The notes under the pieces: generated by a model
What the model saw: only the letters and a program-made list of their open reading frames with translations
Told to the model about the DNA's origin: nothing
Databases searched by the model: none
DNA from: Octopus bimaculoides
Lineage: Eukaryota
NCBI RefSeq assembly: GCF_001194135.2
Contig: NC_068981.1
Location: forward strand, 136,731,397 to 136,788,478
Length of the DNA stretch: 57,082 nucleotides
Direction: 5' to 3'
Translations under genes and position numbers: made by a program
Shown here: positions 1 through 10,507 of the stretch, one piece after another
Numbering within the stretch: position 1 is the first letter of the stretch
How the letters are laid out: every line of letters begins with the position of its first letter

Positions 1-187
1 TATATATATATATATATATATATATGGGCAGCACACACACACATACACACACATATGTACGTACACCAATTGCATACATATTTTTTGTATGCATACATGT
101 TTGTATGTGTGTGTGTGTGTTGCCTGTATATCAACAAAACACTTTTTTACTCGATGGAAAAAACCAAAAGTCTTATCAAAAACTTAC

Positions 188-301
188 TCATCGCTAAAAG
201 GGAACTTAACTCCTGTTGTAAACAATGGTAGATTTCTCCGACTTGAAAATTGTTAAAAGTTTTGGTTAAAAATTTATTTTTACTGCTATTCGCTGGTACC
301 T
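188..301 (-). CDS. Candidate internal coding exon of an unidentified host gene (114 bp, phase 1/phase 1)
   Basis: On the minus strand the acceptor is cttatttttcctag| and the donor is |GTAAGT. Only the phase-1 frame is open, giving (x)VPANSSKNKFLTKTFNNFQVGEIYHCLQQELSSLLAM; the other two frames contain stops. Protein not recognised. Confidence 0.55.
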
Positions 302-498
302 CTAGGAAAAATAAGCTGATGAAAATACAGCTAGGGTCATGACGAATGTCCTCCTAAAATTGGAGCAACATGCGTGCTAATTTGTGGACGTGCATAAATT
401 ACATTCACATACACACACACACATCCAGCCTTTTATATATACAGCTATATATATATATAAATAATATATAAATATATGTATATATACATACATATATA

Positions 499-985
499 GG
501 CGCAGGAGTGGCTGTGTGGTAAGTAGCTTGCTTACCAACCACATGGTTCCGGGTTCAGTCCCACTGCGTGGCACCTTGGGCAAGTGTCTTCTACTATAGC
601 CTCGGGCCGACCAAAGCCTTGTGAGNNNNNNNNNNNNNNNNNNNNNNNNNNNNNNNNNNNNNNNNNNNNNNNNNNNNNNNNNNNNNNNNNNNNNNNNNNN
701 NNNNNNGGATTTGGTAGACGGAAACTGAAAGAAGCTCGTCGTATATATGTATATATATATGTATGTGTGTGTGTTTGTGTGTCTGTGTTTGTCCCCCTAG
801 CATTGCTTGACAACCGATGCTGGTGTGTTTATGTCCCCGTCACTTAGCGGTTCGGTAAAATGATACCGATAGAATAAGTACTAGGCTTACAAAGAATAAG
901 TCCCGGGGTCGATTTGCTCGACTAAAGGCGGTGCTCCAGCATGGCCGCAGTCAAATGACTGAAACAAATAAAAGAATAAAAGAAT
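499..985 (+). mobile_element. SINE family A (tRNA head + CORE-like domain + central TA/TG microsatellite + CCAGCATGGCCGCAG tail)
   Basis: A-box TGGCTGTGTGG, B-box GGTTCAGTCCC and CORE-like CACCTTGGGCAAGTGTCTT. More than 15 related copies in the window. Contains an N gap. Confidence 0.9.
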
Positions 986-1348
986 AATATATGTACATAC
1001 CTACATATATATGTATATATACATGCATATATGGGTAAAGGACATAAAAATTAGCATGAACAAAATGAGAAACGAGAACAAAAAAACAAAAACATAGAAA
1101 ATGAACTATTTTTCAAGCAATGAAAGAAACAAATAGAGAAACGAGACAGGCAACATAAAGAACGTTCCCTTCATCAGTTGTCCCTTGTTTTATCTACTCT
1201 GCGTTTTGAAGGTATGAGAAAGGTTGAGTTCAATTTGAACCTTTTTACTTTGTGGGGGTCCAAAGTTAGATTTCTAATAAAGATTCTTCATATTAAATTT
1301 GTAGCTTACTATTGCAAGTATTTTTTTTTAAACATGAAAATGTTACAA

Positions 1349-2068
1349 GTTACGAGCATTTATAGAACACATATCCTATAGAAACTCAACAAACAATTAA
1401 AGATGGAGAAGAGAAGATGTTAAAAGTTTTACAAAATTTTAATCCATGCATATGATCGTTTCAAATGGTAACACCAACATGTAAAAACATGGAAAAAATA
1501 AAATTAATTTAATTACATATTACCATTTTCCTCAGTGTAAAAAAAGAAGAATGCATCAGAAAGGTAGTATCAGAAGAATATTATGTTGTTACAGGAAACT
1601 ATATGGAGTCTGTGTCACATAACTCATTCAGATATTCATAAAATGATTATGAAAGATGAAATATAATAAACATGCTTAGGTAGTGTTGAGTCTAGTTGTA
1701 TAAAAATTTTAGTTCTTACACTACTAGACTCAACACTACCTAAGCATGTTTATTATATTTCATCTTTCATAATGATTTTATGAATATTCAAATGAGTTGT
1801 GTGACACAGATTACATATAGTTTCCTGTAACAATATAATATTCTTTTGATACTACTTTTCTGATGTATTCTTCTTTTTTGCCCTGAGGAGAATGGTAATA
1901 TGTAATTAAATTAATTTAATTATAATTAATTAAATTTTTTTCCATGTTTCTTACATGTTGGTGTTACCATTTGAAACGATCATAAAATTTTATAAAACTT
2001 TTAACATCTCCATCTTTTAATTGTTTGTTGAGTTTATATTGGATACATGTTCTATAAATGCTTATAAC
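1349..2068. repeat. ~720-bp foldback palindrome (arms ~350 bp, ~26-bp spacer)
   Basis: Arms match end to end: AGGTAGTGTTGAGTCTAGT (1678-1696) vs ACTAGACTCAACACTACCT (1723-1741); CATATTACCATT vs AATGGTAATATG; CATTTATAGAAC vs GTTCTATAAATG at the outer ends. Scattered substitutions and small indels. Confidence 0.9.
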
Positions 2069-2084
2069 ACCTTATATGTATGTA

Positions 2085-2086
2085 TG

Positions 2087-2145
<59 letters not shown>

Positions 2146-2234
2146 GCACATATATATATATATACACACACCCGTGCACATGTATATATATATACACACA
2201 CGCGCACATATATATATATATACACACACACGCG

Positions 2235-2313
<79 letters not shown>

Positions 2314-2325
2314 CTACATGTGTGT
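2085..2325. repeat. Compound (TA)n/(CA)n microsatellite
   Basis: Direct reading; source of the YI/HT-rich spurious ORFs. Confidence 0.95.
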
Positions 2326-2329
2326 GTCT

Positions 2330-2550
2330 TTGTATCTGTGTTTGTCACCCCATCACTATTTGAAACCAAGTGTTGGTGTGTTTACGTCCCCGTAACTTAG
2401 CAGTTTGGCAAAAGAGACTGATAGAATAAGTACTACACTTAAGAAATAAGAAATAAGTACTGGGATTCATTTGTTTGATTAAAACCCATTCAAGGCAGTG
2501 CTCCAGCATGGCCACAGTCAAATGACAGAAACAAGTAAAAGAATAAAAGG
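2330..2550 (+). mobile_element. SINE family A, 3' half
   Basis: Matches the family A tail (GTTGGTGTGTTTACGTCCCCGTAACTTAG...CTCCAGCATGGCCACAGTCAAATGAC). Confidence 0.85.
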
Positions 2551-2624
2551 ATATATATATATATATATGTCTTGGGAGACAAATAAGTAAATGGTTATAT
2601 CAATATTTCTCTCTTCTGCCTAAA

Positions 2625-2958
2625 AAAGGGTAAAGACCCCTTTTATCATGAATGATCATGGCAATGCACCTAGAAAGTTACCCTCTGAAGCACAAGTCCC
2701 GGCAAGGTTGTTTATGGAAGACCAGCAGTCACCCATGCACACCAGTCCCCCACTTTCCATGCCACAGATGTTATCCAAGGGAAAAGCTGGTACTACTTGA
2801 CACTAGTGATGTTGCAACTCATTTCTACAGCTGAGTAAACTGGAACAACACGAAATAAAGTGTCCTGCTCAAGAACGCAACACACAGCCCAGTCCAGGAA
2901 TTGAACTCACTACTACATTATTGTGAGCCTGGTGCTTTAACCACCAAGCCATGCACTT
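2625..2958 (-). mobile_element. SINE family D (tRNA head + CORE/V-like domain) with tail Y
   Basis: Minus strand TGGCTTGGTGGTTAAAGC...GAGTTCAATTCC...TTCTTGAGCAGGACACTTTATTTC...CAGCTGTAGAAATGAGT, then a tail ending GGGGTCTTTACCCTTT. Confidence 0.75.
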
Positions 2959-3118
2959 TCACCTCTTTACCCTTCACCCTCTTCTACCTAACAAACACCA
3001 TGATTTAACGATACTGGATACTTACTCATATCAAGAATAAGAAACAATTCTCAACCGCAATTTTAAATTAATCTAGCAACACCATCAGATCAGTATTTTA
3101 TTTTATATATATTTTATG

Positions 3119-3498
3119 TGGAGGCGCAATGGCCCAGTGGTTAGGGCAGCGGACTTGCGGTTGTAGGATCGTGGTTTCAATTTCCAGACCAGGCGTTGTG
3201 AGTGTTTATTAAGCGAAAACACCTAAAGCTCCACGAGGCTCCGGCAGGGGATTGTGGCGAACCCTGCTGTACTCTTTCACCACAACTTTCTCTCACTCTT
3301 ACTTCCTGTTTCTGTTGCACCTGTATTTCAAAGGGCCAGCCTTGTCACACTGTGTCACGCTGAATATCCCCGAGAACTACGTTAAGGGTACACATGTCTG
3401 TGGAGTGCTCAGCCACTTGCACGTTAATTTCACGAGCAGGCTGTTCCGTTGATCGGATCAACTGGAACCCTTGTCATCGTAACCGACGGAGTGCCAAC
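3119..3498 (+). mobile_element. SINE family C with tail X
   Basis: TGGAGGCGCAATGGCCCAGTGGTTAGG head, B-box-like GGTTTCAATTTCC and tail CCTGTATTTCAAAGGGCCAGCC...CCGACGGAGTGCC. Near-identical to 38681-39049. Confidence 0.9.
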
Positions 3499-3898
3499 AT
3501 ATATTTTATACATATATTTATTGCACCTTTTTTTCTTTTCTTTAAATTTCATTTCAAATTTCAAAATAAATAAACAAACACTAGACTACGTTTTCATAAA
3601 TTTATTTTAGATGTAAACTGAAACTTAAAACTGAATCAAAACATTATTAAAGACTAATAGAAATATGTTTGCTATATGACCACTCCCTGTTATATGTAAT
3701 CAGAGTAAAATAGTTGACCTAATATATTAACTGAAAAGAATATCTTTCTCAGCTTATGTAGTTGGTATTGTATGTATTTTGCACTGTTGGCTATACTATT
3801 GTAGCTACTAATATCAACAGTATATTGTGTTGTTATATAACTATGTATGCATATGTGTTGTGAGTTTTTGTGAATATATTTTTGATGCATTTCTTTAA

Positions 3899-4170
3899 CC
3901 CATAAACTGCGATAGTCCACCTTAGTGGCCAACGCGACAGTGCGACAGGCCACGTGCGTGGCCACGGAAGTAGGGCATGATCTGAGCTAATTTTGATGAC
4001 GTATAATGTATGCACACGATACCCTTTCACCCCAGAAACAGTGTAGCCAATCACAGAAGGTGTTAAGAAACACTGAGTATTTTTTTCGAGTGATAGATCG
4101 ATGTTGATCTTTACCCAAAATAGGCTCAGCAGTTCGTGTTACATACAGCAAAATCCCAGCAGTTTATGGG
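3899..4170. mobile_element. piggyBac-type non-autonomous element (272 bp)
   Basis: TTAA|CCCATAAACTGC ... GCAGTTTATGGG|TTAA: perfect 12-bp TIR, CCC termini and TTAA target duplication (3895-98, 4171-74). Confidence 0.9.
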
Positions 4171-5523
4171 TTAACTATTTTACTGAATTAGATTCTTCAT
4201 ACAACCATAAACTACCCAGCATATGGCATGATAAATAAAGCTGAGCTGTTGTACTTAATATCCCGATAACATATAAAAATACCAAAACTGTATATTGCAT
4301 AATAATCATTAATAAAAGAAAAAAAAATTAAATTTGGATTTTCTTGCTTCTGTGATTTGAGATATCAGAGCAATCAAACAAACAAACAGAATAGAAACAG
4401 AGGCACCCAATATTTTAACTGTTAGATTTATTAGTTGGAAGAATGGTGGTGTTGATTGTTGGTGCAAAAATGAAATAAATAAATAAGAATATTAAAAAAA
4501 AAAAAAACAAACAAAGTAATTTGATCTTGATTCATTTTTGAATTTCAATTTCTGAAATTTATTTCAATTAATTTTTTTTTTTTTTTATTATTAATCATCT
4601 CTTGATTTCAGTTTATAAAAATATGAAGAGAATAGAAAAGAAAGTGAAAACAAATTTGAGAAGTAAAAAAAAACGACAATCTTAACACATAATGGACAAT
4701 TGTAACCTCAACAATCCACTTTGGAACATAATAATTGGATATATAACATTTAAAGAAGCGCTAATTAAGAATAACAGCTCTGGATTTTTATAAAGTTATA
4801 GAAGAGGAAAAATAATTGTGTGAGAAATAAACATCTTCAAGTCAAAAGCATTTCTAAAAACAATGTTCTATCTATTATGCTTTCAGAAAATAGTGGCTTA
4901 TTTTTCCACCTGGGTTACCTCATTAATTTTAATGTTAGTAAATAGAGAAAGTTTGAAATAAGAGCTTGAAGTATAAAAATATTGAATTACTTGAGTAAAT
5001 TTCTAGTTACAACATTTATAAAGTTGTCAACACCGACCAGCATATTTGATCCTTGAACGAACTACACACAACACACTGGAGATAATTAAAGTAATTCAGG
5101 TGGAAAAATTAGCAAACTGTTACATTTTCTGAGGATATAAATTGCAATCAAGTCTTTTGTTATGTATTATACATATTTTTAGACTAAAACTTTCCATTAT
5201 TGAGAAGTTTTAGCACAGAAGTTCAACAGGCTAATCAGAGGTTTATTGAATTGACAAAAATGAGAATTGCAAAAAGTTTTAGTGTAATCAGCATTTGAAA
5301 GCTTACATCCTGTTCACCGAGACGGTTCTAGTAATAGCTTCCTGAATTTTGTTCTAAGCATGGCTGTGCAGTTAACCCATTCATTTCTAAACCACAAGGT
5401 TCTGGGTTCAGTCCTACTGTTAAGTACTTTTATGTAGTGTCTTCATTTGTTGCACCAGGCCAACCAATGCCTTTGAAGTTATTGATGGAAAGTGTACAGA
5501 GACTGTTATGTTTATATATAACA

Positions 5524-6295
5524 GGCGCAGGAGTGGCTGTGTGGTAAGTAGCTTGCTTACCAACCACATGGTTCCGGGTTCAGTCCCACTGCATGGCACC
5601 TTGGGCAAGTGTCTTCTACTATAGCCTCGGGCTGACCAAAGCCTTGTGAGTGGATTTGGTAGACAGAAACTGAAAGAAGCCCATTGTGTGTGTGCGTGTG
5701 TGTGTGTGTGTGTGTGNNNNNNNNNNNNNNNNNNNNNNNNNNNNNNNNNNNNNNNNNNNNNNNNNNNNNNNNNNNNNNNNNNNNNNNNNNNNNNNNNNNN
5801 NNNNNNNNNNNNNNNNNNNNNNNNNNNNNNNNNNNNNNNNNNNNNNNNNNNNNNNNNNNNNNNNNNNNNNNNNNNNNNNNNNNNNNNNNNNNNNNNNNNN
5901 NNNNNNNNNNNNNNNNNNNNNNNNNNNNNNNNNNNNNNNNNNNNNNNNNNNNNNNNNNNNNNNNNNNNNNNNNNNNNNNNNNNNNNNNNNNNNNNNNNNN
6001 NNNNNNNNNNNNNNNNNNNNNNNNNNNNNNNNNNNNNNNNNNNNNNNNNNNNNNNNNNNNNNNNNNNNNNNNNNNNNNNNNNNNNNNNNNNNNNNCTGTG
6101 TCCTCCAACATCGCTTGACAACTGATGCTGGTGTCTTTATGTCCCCGTAACTTAGCGGTTCTGCAAAAGAGACCGATAGAATAAGTACTAGGCTTACAAA
6201 GAAAAAGTCCTGGGGTCGATTTGTTCGACTAAAGGTGGTGCTCCAGCATGGCCGCATTCAAATGACTGAAACAAGTAAAAAGAGAAAAAGAGAAA
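5524..6295 (+). mobile_element. SINE family A, full length (gap in central microsatellite)
   Basis: Near-identical head and tail to the copy at 499. Confidence 0.9.
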
Positions 6296-6309
6296 GAGAT
6301 ATATATTGT

Positions 6310-6705
6310 ACTCGTTTCAGTCATTGAGGTACTGCCTTAAAGGGCTTTAGCCAAAACAAATTAACCCCAGAACTAATTTTTTAAAACCTGGTACTTTTTC
6401 TATTGCTGAACTGCTAAGTTATGAGGACAAACAAACCAACATCAGTTGTCAAATTGTGGTGTGGGTTAAACACAAACACAAAGACACCCATAGATGTTTT
6501 ACATGGATACATACATGACAGGCTTCTTTCAGTTTCTGTTTACCAAATCTGCTCACAAGGCTTTGGCTGGCTTGAGGGTTTAGTAGAAGACATGCCCAAG
6601 GTGACACACAGTGGGACTGAACCCAGAACCATGTGGTTGGAAAGCAAACTTCTTATCACAGACCCCCACCTGTGCCTCTGTGTGTATGTATGTGTGTGTG
6701 TGTGT
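6310..6705 (-). mobile_element. SINE family A, diverged copy
   Basis: Reverse complement of family A head and tail; tail-to-tail with the 5524-6295 copy. Confidence 0.8.
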
Positions 6706-6706
6706 G

Positions 6707-6738
<32 letters not shown>

Positions 6739-6745
<7 letters not shown>

Positions 6746-7673
6746 AAACTACCTATCGCCATTAGATACAAAACTGCTATCGCCATTCTTCTCATTTAAA
6801 TATAAACAAGTGCGGGCGTAGCGGAAAACATCAACCTTGTCATCACGTGACTGATCATTATTCGAATCGGCAACTTCTTCGAACCATTCCCGCCAGAACG
6901 CAAACTGACCAATCACGGCCCCTAANNNNNNNNNNNNNNNNNNNNNNNNNNNNNNNNNNNNNNNNNNNNNNNNNNNNNNNNNNNNNNNNNNNNNNNNNNN
7001 NNNNNNNNNNNNNNNTCTGTTCCGTGTACCAGACGACAGCAGCAGCAGCAGCCAGCGACACATCAACAGCTTCGTCCAACGATGCCGCCACATCAGCAAC
7101 ACGAGTCTACGACTACTAACCAGCATCATCGTCAAGAGCAACACGATTCTACGATTACTACTAACCAGCATCAATCTCCACCAGCGTCTACACGACTTTC
7201 TATGTACACCAAACTAAACCAACGCGGCACATCTCTCTCTTCGATTCTGTTAGGTGACTCAGCTTCACCACGATAAATAAACAGACAAGAATTACAGCCT
7301 GCGATAAACGTCTGTCCTCAAGATTCCGGCGCGGCATAGAAGCCAACACACAACTAGTGCTAAGCTCTGCCACACAGCCTCAACTCATTTCTCATACAGA
7401 CTCATCCTATCGTGTACTCAAGAATTGGTATAAATGTTCACGTGTACTGACTCTCTTTTCTATCTGCTGTAATATTTCACATACATGTATCACTTACACA
7501 CGCTCTTTTCTTTGTACGACGGCCTGTCTTTTATTATGTTCTTATATGTCGCATTCACACTCTCAGATACACATACATCTTTAACGCTACAATAAATAAT
7601 TCTGTTATTCATCTCATACGGTTGTCTTTTCTATCGTCTCATTACTGGCTATTTGTGTTATCGTAGTATAACA
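6739..7673 (+). mobile_element. Probable solo LTR (~935 bp including a 90-N gap)
   Basis: Begins TGTAGT and ends TATAACA (TG...CA), with AATAAA ~80 bp before the 3' end and short internal direct repeats (CTATCGCCATT x2; CTACTAACCAGCATCA x2). Flanks TATA/TATT within a TA microsatellite. No PBS or internal domain follows. Confidence 0.45.
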
Positions 7674-7806
7674 TATTTGTATATCATCTTTGATATATAT
7701 TTTGTGTTCGACCGTGTGACGCGTTTAAATAAAAGGAGTCCTTGTTTTTCCATTCGTCACCATTTCTCCTTTTTGAGTTCGCACGGTCGTTCTTACATAT
7801 ATATAT

Positions 7807-8179
7807 AGGAGGAGTGGCTGTGTGGTAAGTAGCTTGCTTCCCAACCACATGGTTCCAGTTCAGTTCCACCGTGTGGCACCTTGGGCAAGTGTCTTCTATG
7901 ATAGCCTCGGGCCATACAAAGCCTTGTGAGTGGATTTGGTAGATGGAATCTGAAAGAAGCCCATCGTATATATGTATGTTTGTGTGTCTATGTTTGTCTC
8001 CCCCACTATCGCTAGACAACTGATGCAGGTGTATTTACGTCTCCGTAACTAGCGGTTCGGCAAAAGCGATCGAGAGAATAAGTACTAAGCTTACAAAGAA
8101 TAAGTCCTGGGGTCGATTTGCTCGACTAAAGGCGGTGCTCCAGCATGGCCACAGTCAAAATGACTGAAAACAAGTAAAT
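7807..8179 (+). mobile_element. SINE family A, full length
   Basis: Complete head, CORE-like domain, short microsatellite and tail. Confidence 0.9.
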
Positions 8180-8507
8180 ATGTAAATATATATATATACA
8201 TATGGTTTTGAGTACTATTTTATCCGACAGCCAACATTGAACGAGCATATATAAAACTTTATGCATTTTAAAGTCCAATACAACAATTGCCGAAACAAAA
8301 TATCGATAACACACTGTAAAGTAGAAGCTCAAACATCAACCACAAATAAACACACGCTTCTAACTTAACTAACCAGGTATACATGTGGTGATTAACCGAT
8401 ACCGACATAAAAGCTATTCAGTTATTCATTGAATGAAACTATAAAGTCATATTAGTACATACGTACGAATGAGTGTTAAGTGTGTAGAATAAAAGTAGTT
8501 TCTTCAT

Positions 8508-8542
<35 letters not shown>

Positions 8543-8717
8543 TTCGTTGTTTGTTTTTGTGGTTGTACCTGTTTTACAAAAGATCATAGGCAAAAGTCAT
8601 CGACAACACTAAAAAACGTCAGCAGATTTCGATTCTTTCTTTCTTTCTTTAGTAGTTTTACTGGTGTTGTTTTGGTTTGTTTGTTTTTTTTTTTCCGTTG
8701 TTCGTTTGGAGTCTCAC

Positions 8718-8730
8718 GTCTGTCAATCAT
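8718..8730 (-). CDS. Candidate alternative first coding exon (MIDR, phase-1 donor)
   Basis: caaacATG ATT GAC AGA C|GTGAGA. A at -3, in unique UTR-like sequence. C+AG joins the 188-301 exon in frame as Gln. Confidence 0.35.
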
Positions 8731-8943
8731 GTTTGTATTGACGTAGACCGATGTGAGAAGCGTATTTAATAATGAATGATAACAGCTTTTTGCTTTCAAG
8801 CAAGTATCATTAAAATGATCAGACTGTTAAAATACAGAACACACACACGCACACACGAGTGAGTGGACAAACGAAGGAAAGAGGCACTCAGCTAGAAGTT
8901 ACATGTATTGTTATGTAAAGCATGGAACCAACTCAAACTGTTT

Positions 8944-8979
<36 letters not shown>

Positions 8980-9145
8980 TGTGTATGCACGCGCGCGCGC
9001 ACGTACATTCATATACACTCGGACAACGATTACCAGTCTAAATAGTATTTCCGTTCAGATATAGCACAAAGAAATAGAAAGATTAGTTCTCATATATCGA
9101 CAGTTCTTGAATAAATACATACATATATACACATATATATGTGTA

Positions 9146-9272
9146 CAGCGTGTCCACAAAGTCTGGGTACGTGGAGTAAATAAAATCATAACATAAACAA
9201 TTAAATGTAAGAAATAATAATTTCTTAAAGTATGTGTTAATCCCCATGTACCCAGACTTTGTGGACACCCTG
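9146..9272. mobile_element. Tc1/mariner-type MITE (127 bp)
   Basis: TA|CAGCGTGTCCACAAAGTCTGGGTAC ... GTACCCAGACTTTGTGGACACCCTG|TA: 25-bp TIR with 1 mismatch and TA duplication. Confidence 0.9.
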
Positions 9273-9280
9273 TATATATG

Positions 9281-9614
9281 CGTGGCACCTTCGGCAAGTG
9301 TCTTCTATTATAGCGACGGGCCGACCTTGTGAGTGGATTTGGTAGACGGAAACTGAAAGAAGCCCGTCGTATGTATGTATGTATGTATATATATATATAT
9401 ATATATATATGTTTGTGTGTCTGTATTTGTCCCCCCAACATCGCTTGACAACCGATGTTGGTGTGTTTACTTCCCCGTAACTTAGCGGTTCGGCAAAATA
9501 GACCGATAGAATAAGTACTAGGCTTACAAAGAATAAGTCCTGGGGTCGATTTGCTCGATTAAAGGCGTTGCTCCCTGCATGGCCGCAGTCAAATGACTGA
9601 AACAAGTAAAAGAG
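9281..9614 (+). mobile_element. SINE family A lacking its tRNA head
   Basis: Starts at CGTGGCACCTT immediately after the MITE; remainder intact. Confidence 0.85.
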
Positions 9615-9932
9615 TATAGACAGATAGATAGATAGATAGATACATGTAAGTGGTGCGCGCGCACACAGACACAGACTCACACACGTGTGTGTGTCTCTGC
9701 GTGCCTGTGAATGTGTCATGTATGTGTACATACATATATACATACGAATGCGTGTGTGAGTGCGCGCGCTTTCTGAAGTTCAATTTACAACGTCTGCAGC
9801 TCTGCTAAATAGTTCCATCATTGTGAAGGTCGATACCATTTATATGTTAACAGTTCACTTCGTGTGTGTGTGTGTGTGCTGCTTTTGATAGTGACGACGG
9901 TTGTGATAATGGTAGTGAAAGCCAGCAGTCAC

Positions 9933-10005
9933 CCTCTTCAGATCGAACACTTGCTAAATCATCCACTAACTTCTCTTGTCGGTTCCCCTGTACCTCGCTC
10001 GCCAT
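9933..10005 (-). CDS. Candidate alternative first coding exon (MASEVQGNRQEKLVDDLASVRSEE, phase-1 donor)
   Basis: ggaatATGG start context, 24 open codons plus G|GTGACT, with CpG-rich unique sequence upstream (10006-10135). In frame with exon 188-301. Confidence 0.45.
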
Positions 10006-10160
10006 ATTCCGATCGATTTTCGAACGATTGAAAGCTTATTTTGGTTTAGGTATACTTCAATCGGAACGGAAAGTTATCTGAGAAAATCGTAACAACCGGG
10101 AAACGAACATAACGCGTTGATTCAGATCTGAAAAAGTTATGGTATATAATATTGTTCCTC

Positions 10161-10507
10161 GGGCGCAGGCGTGGCTGTGCGGTTAAGAAGCTTGCTTCTC
10201 AACCATGTAATCTTGAGGTTCAATCTCACTGCACAGCACCTTAGGTAAGTATTATTTAATGTATTCCCAGGCCGACCAAAGCCTTGTGAGTGGATTTGCT
10301 TGACAGAAATTGCAAGAAACCAGTCTTGTGTATGTGTGTGTGACTTTGTGTATGTCCTCCAACCACCGCCTCACAGTGGTATTGGTTTTGTCTACGTCTA
10401 CTTAACAGGTTTTAAAATAAGTCCTGGGGTTCACTTGTTCGACTAAAACCTTTCATGGCGGTGCTCCAGCATGGACGCACTCCAAATACTGAAACAAGCA
10501 AATGGTA
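10161..10507 (+). mobile_element. SINE family A, diverged
   Basis: GGCGCAGGCGTGGCTGTGCGGTTAAGAAGC head through GTGCTCCAGCATGG tail. Confidence 0.8.

Noticed and set aside
1140-1215. CTGATGA hammerhead-like core on the minus strand
   Set aside because: No GAAA follows helix II, and the permuted arrangement lacks helix I pairing.
2021-2400. 100-124 aa YI/HT-rich ORFs
   Set aside because: Dinucleotide microsatellite translations.
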